In this document: positions 55,163 through 57,691 of the stretch, in pieces
How positions within the stretch are numbered: the stretch's first letter is position 1
Layout of the letters: every line of letters starts with the position of its first letter
Source of the DNA: a virus
Lineage: Duplodnaviria; Caudoviricetes
Direction: 5' to 3' (one strand)
DNA length: 57,691 nt
IMG/VR virus record: IMGVR_UViG_3300037634_002466
Coordinates: 1 to 57,691 of that record
Made by a program: the position numbers and the translations under genes
The notes under the pieces: model-generated
What the model was told of the DNA's origin: nothing
Databases searched by the model: none
What the model saw: the letters and a program-made list of their open reading frames with translations, nothing else

Positions 55163-57445
55163 TTAATCATTCCATCCTTTACCATACCAAGCCTCTTGAA
55201 CTTTTGGCATCGTAGGAAGATCTTTCATTCTGGCTGGAGGGGAAGTTACATCTTTTGGTTTAGCATCAAAAGTTACATCGTCCTCTAGAGAGGATTTAGT
55301 TACATCATCCCCAAAATAAATTTTTTGTATCTCAAAGGTACTCTGAGCAAAATCATTGGAGATCTTATGAGAAAATCCTAGTATCCTATAATAACCAGAC
55401 CAATAACTATTGTAATTAGATATTGATAATTTATCATACAAGGAAGGGTTTTTTCTAAGCTTAACTCCCACAGTTCTAGTTAGATCATATCCAGTAGAGT
55501 ATTCAAATTTAGGAGTAACTTGTATTTTAGCTGATAAGCCACCCTTAACCAATAATTGAGTATACATATGAGCAAAGCTTAATAATCCACCTAAATCAGA
55601 AGCCGCCCTAATATTAAGTTCTGAAGGGCTATCCTCTTTTGTAAAATAATCATCATATATTGTCTCTGCTAATTTAGCCATATTATGATACTCTAATCTA
55701 TCAGCCGTATTAGACTCAAAAGGATCTCTCTCTAAAATATCAGAAAGTTTATTCTTTAAATAATCTACAATTTCTTGTCGAGTTAATTTTGTATTATTTA
55801 GAAACTGTATATCTGGGGTCAAAAACGCTAGGGCTGGAATACTAGCTTCCCCTTTAAAGGATAATATGTCTTTTCCTGACTCAAAAATATGGCTTATGTT
55901 AAGCTCCTTATCTTCTTCCTCTAAAGCGTAATCATCTTCTACCGTACCATTCTTATTTACTACAGACTGTACTTTCTTTTTTGCCGAAGATGATAGTTTT
56001 TCGGCAGACCCAGAAGCTCTATCTGCCTCCTCACTTTTTGGTATGTCTCCATAAAAATCTTCGTTTATAGTAACTTTATCTCCTAGAATCATAGTTGGAG
56101 CTATAAATTTTATATGCCCTTGCTCTTTCCATACTCTTAATATATCAACATTGGTCTCAATACCTTTAACTAATTCTATTTGTGGCCCACCTCTCCGTCT
56201 GATAGCAGAAAATAATCTAGTTAATCCTCCCAATATAAAATTTCTTGTTCCTGTTTTATAAAGCTCATCGAAAGTTATAAAAATATCTTCAATGTAAAGA
56301 TCATTTAATAATCTATGTGGGGGGGCTATGTACTCTTCTACAGGGGCATCCCAGTCATCTGGAATATCTCCTCCTGGCCCCAAAACGGGACCACCCCGTT
56401 CCGAGAGGGCACTCCCCCTGCTAGGACGAGCGGATATGGGTAAGAGACTATAATCCTCATCTATCTCTTCTTGTTGTTTCTTTTCTAAAGCAAGTTTAGC
56501 TCTAGATTTTCCTTGCTTTTTGTATAAATATTCTATTCCCAATTCTTTTAGATGTTCTCTAATAGCCAGGGTACTTAGACCATCTTTGTAGTCTACAAGA
56601 ACTGTACCATCATCTGATTGATACATGTAAGTTGTTGCACCATCTGGTGATATTGCTTGGCCCAACATAGGTGAATAATTAGTCAGATACATAAACTTAG
56701 CGTCATCCTCAGATCTCACAATATGATCAGGTATCCAAGAATCAAGGTAATCCGTCATTTCCTTTTTAGGTAATGAAACTATAGTTTGTAAATTAGTGAA
56801 AGCCTGTGCGGTGCCTTTTACTAATTCGGATATTGCACCAACTAAATTTTCAGGAGTAAGTATTTTGTCCGTGAAATATTTACTATCGTGAGTTCCTATA
56901 TTAACTTCGACAAACTTTGCCATAGTAATACTTTCCGCTGCATCATTGGTCTCCTGTACTAAGGGACTTTTGGAATCCCCCAGTAACTTATTTTTTTTTC
57001 TTTTATAATCCTTTTTGGAAGCTAATAAGTAGGAAGGTGAAAATTCTAATGTGGTAATATCAAGCCCAGTAGGTTTAACATCATAAGTAGCACCCGATAT
57101 GAATAAAGTAATAGGACCACACCAATGCGTTCTATCTGCCCCCATTCCGTATGTTATATAAAACTGACCTTCAGGAGTATTCTCCTCCCTTTTCCTTAGT
57201 ATTGTAGGAAGACTTAAAGGAAATAATTTTTGTATAGCATCCCCACCAGAATCAACAAATTGTAATTTAAATAAGAAAGCTTTGCTGGCTGCAGAATGCT
57301 CTAAATTTATTAAACTAGAGTTATGTGTTCCTACAAATACAACATCCTCCTCCACCTCACCACCCGAAAGAAAAGTTTCTATGGAGTCTAAATTGCTAGA
57401 AATCAATACACTAGCTGCCTGAACTGCTCTGTTAGAAAATGTCAT
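55163..57445 (-). CDS. Putative baseplate hub protein (gp27-like position)
   Basis: Between gp53-like and gp5-like genes; C-terminal WSGYYRILGFSHKIS...STFEI is typical of hub proteins. Confidence 0.55.
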   Translation of the reverse strand: MTFSNRAVQAASVLISSNLDSIETFLSGGEVEEDVVFVGTHNSSLINLEHSAASKAFLFKLQFVDSGGDAIQKLFPLSLPTILRKREENTPEGQFYITYGMGADRTHWCGPITLFISGATYDVKPTGLDITTLEFSPSYLLASKKDYKRKKNKLLGDSKSPLVQETNDAAESITMAKFVEVNIGTHDSKYFTDKILTPENLVGAISELVKGTAQAFTNLQTIVSLPKKEMTDYLDSWIPDHIVRSEDDAKFMYLTNYSPMLGQAISPDGATTYMYQSDDGTVLVDYKDGLSTLAIREHLKELGIEYLYKKQGKSRAKLALEKKQQEEIDEDYSLLPISARPSRGSALSERGGPVLGPGGDIPDDWDAPVEEYIAPPHRLLNDLYIEDIFITFDELYKTGTRNFILGGLTRLFSAIRRRGGPQIELVKGIETNVDILRVWKEQGHIKFIAPTMILGDKVTINEDFYGDIPKSEEADRASGSAEKLSSSAKKKVQSVVNKNGTVEDDYALEEEDKELNISHIFESGKDILSFKGEASIPALAFLTPDIQFLNNTKLTRQEIVDYLKNKLSDILERDPFESNTADRLEYHNMAKLAETIYDDYFTKEDSPSELNIRAASDLGGLLSFAHMYTQLLVKGGLSAKIQVTPKFEYSTGYDLTRTVGVKLRKNPSLYDKLSISNYNSYWSGYYRILGFSHKISNDFAQSTFEIQKIYFGDDVTKSSLEDDVTFDAKPKDVTSPPARMKDLPTMPKVQEAWYGKGWND

Positions 57446-57691
57446 TTATGGTAGGTATTAGAATATTATCTGATGGGTTAAGTCTCTCGAAAGGATCATG
57501 TATATTATTATACATCATAACATACCACCAAAAAGAGGTAGTGCTATAAAATATATTAGATATAGTATCTGGCCTATGCTCAATAAATGATTTTACCTCA
57601 CCAACATTGTAATTACCTTCCTGGACTCTATCTCCAAAATTATCCATAAATGAAGTATTTATAGAAGTTCTTATGTTTTTATTCTTATGCC
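57432..57691 (-). CDS. gp53: Baseplate wedge protein, gp53/LysM-like; 5' end probably outside the window
   Basis: RPDTISNIFY...WWYVMMYNNIHDPF...ILIP; the frame stays open upstream of Met 57647 to the window edge. Confidence 0.8.
   Translation of the reverse strand, partial: HKNKNIRTSINTSFMDNFGDRVQEGNYNVGEVKSFIEHRPDTISNIFYSTTSFWWYVMMYNNIHDPFERLNPSDNILIPTINDIF

Noticed and set aside
208-57445. Stop-codon reassignment
   Set aside because: Conserved genes are full length and tightly packed under the standard code, and the polymerase breaks are TAA stops with frame changes.
4417-57691. eCIS/tailocin or T6SS locus instead of a phage
   Set aside because: Major capsid, protease, neck and replication genes are present, so this is a myovirus genome.
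1-57691. tRNA genes, CRISPR arrays, transposases, homing endonucleases
   Set aside because: Intergenic gaps are all about 100 bp or less, and none shows a cloverleaf, a repeat-spacer pattern or a mobile-element ORF.

Overview
A 57.7 kb, densely coding fragment of a large T4-related myovirus genome, almost all on the minus strand. Left part (1-15.1 kb): replication and recombination module with gp32 SSB, UvsY, gp41 helicase, class II ribonucleotide reductase, gp46/gp47, a gp55-like late sigma factor and an Hjc-type resolvase. Instead of a T4 gp43 PolB, the window has a family A DNA polymerase split into three separate genes (UDG-like + 3'-5' exonuclease / ExoIII + thumb / palm + fingers), with a small membrane-protein gene inserted between the first two. 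The first polymerase gene and the late sigma gene diverge from the same CATG tetramer. A two-gene LamG/beta-helix cassette sits inside the replication block behind a hairpin that combines a terminator, a late-promoter motif and the RBS. Middle (15.1-27.7 kb): tail tube, sheath, neck, major capsid, scaffold, protease and candidate internal head proteins. Right (27.7-57.7 kb): PAAR spike, a protein with about 60 cysteines in repeats, paralogous fibre/spike proteins with large insertions, and baseplate genes (P2-I-like, gp6, gp25, gp5, gp53). Portal, terminase, primase, clamp/loader, tRNAs, CRISPR arrays and mobile elements were not seen. All calls come from motif recognition by eye; no database searches were run.
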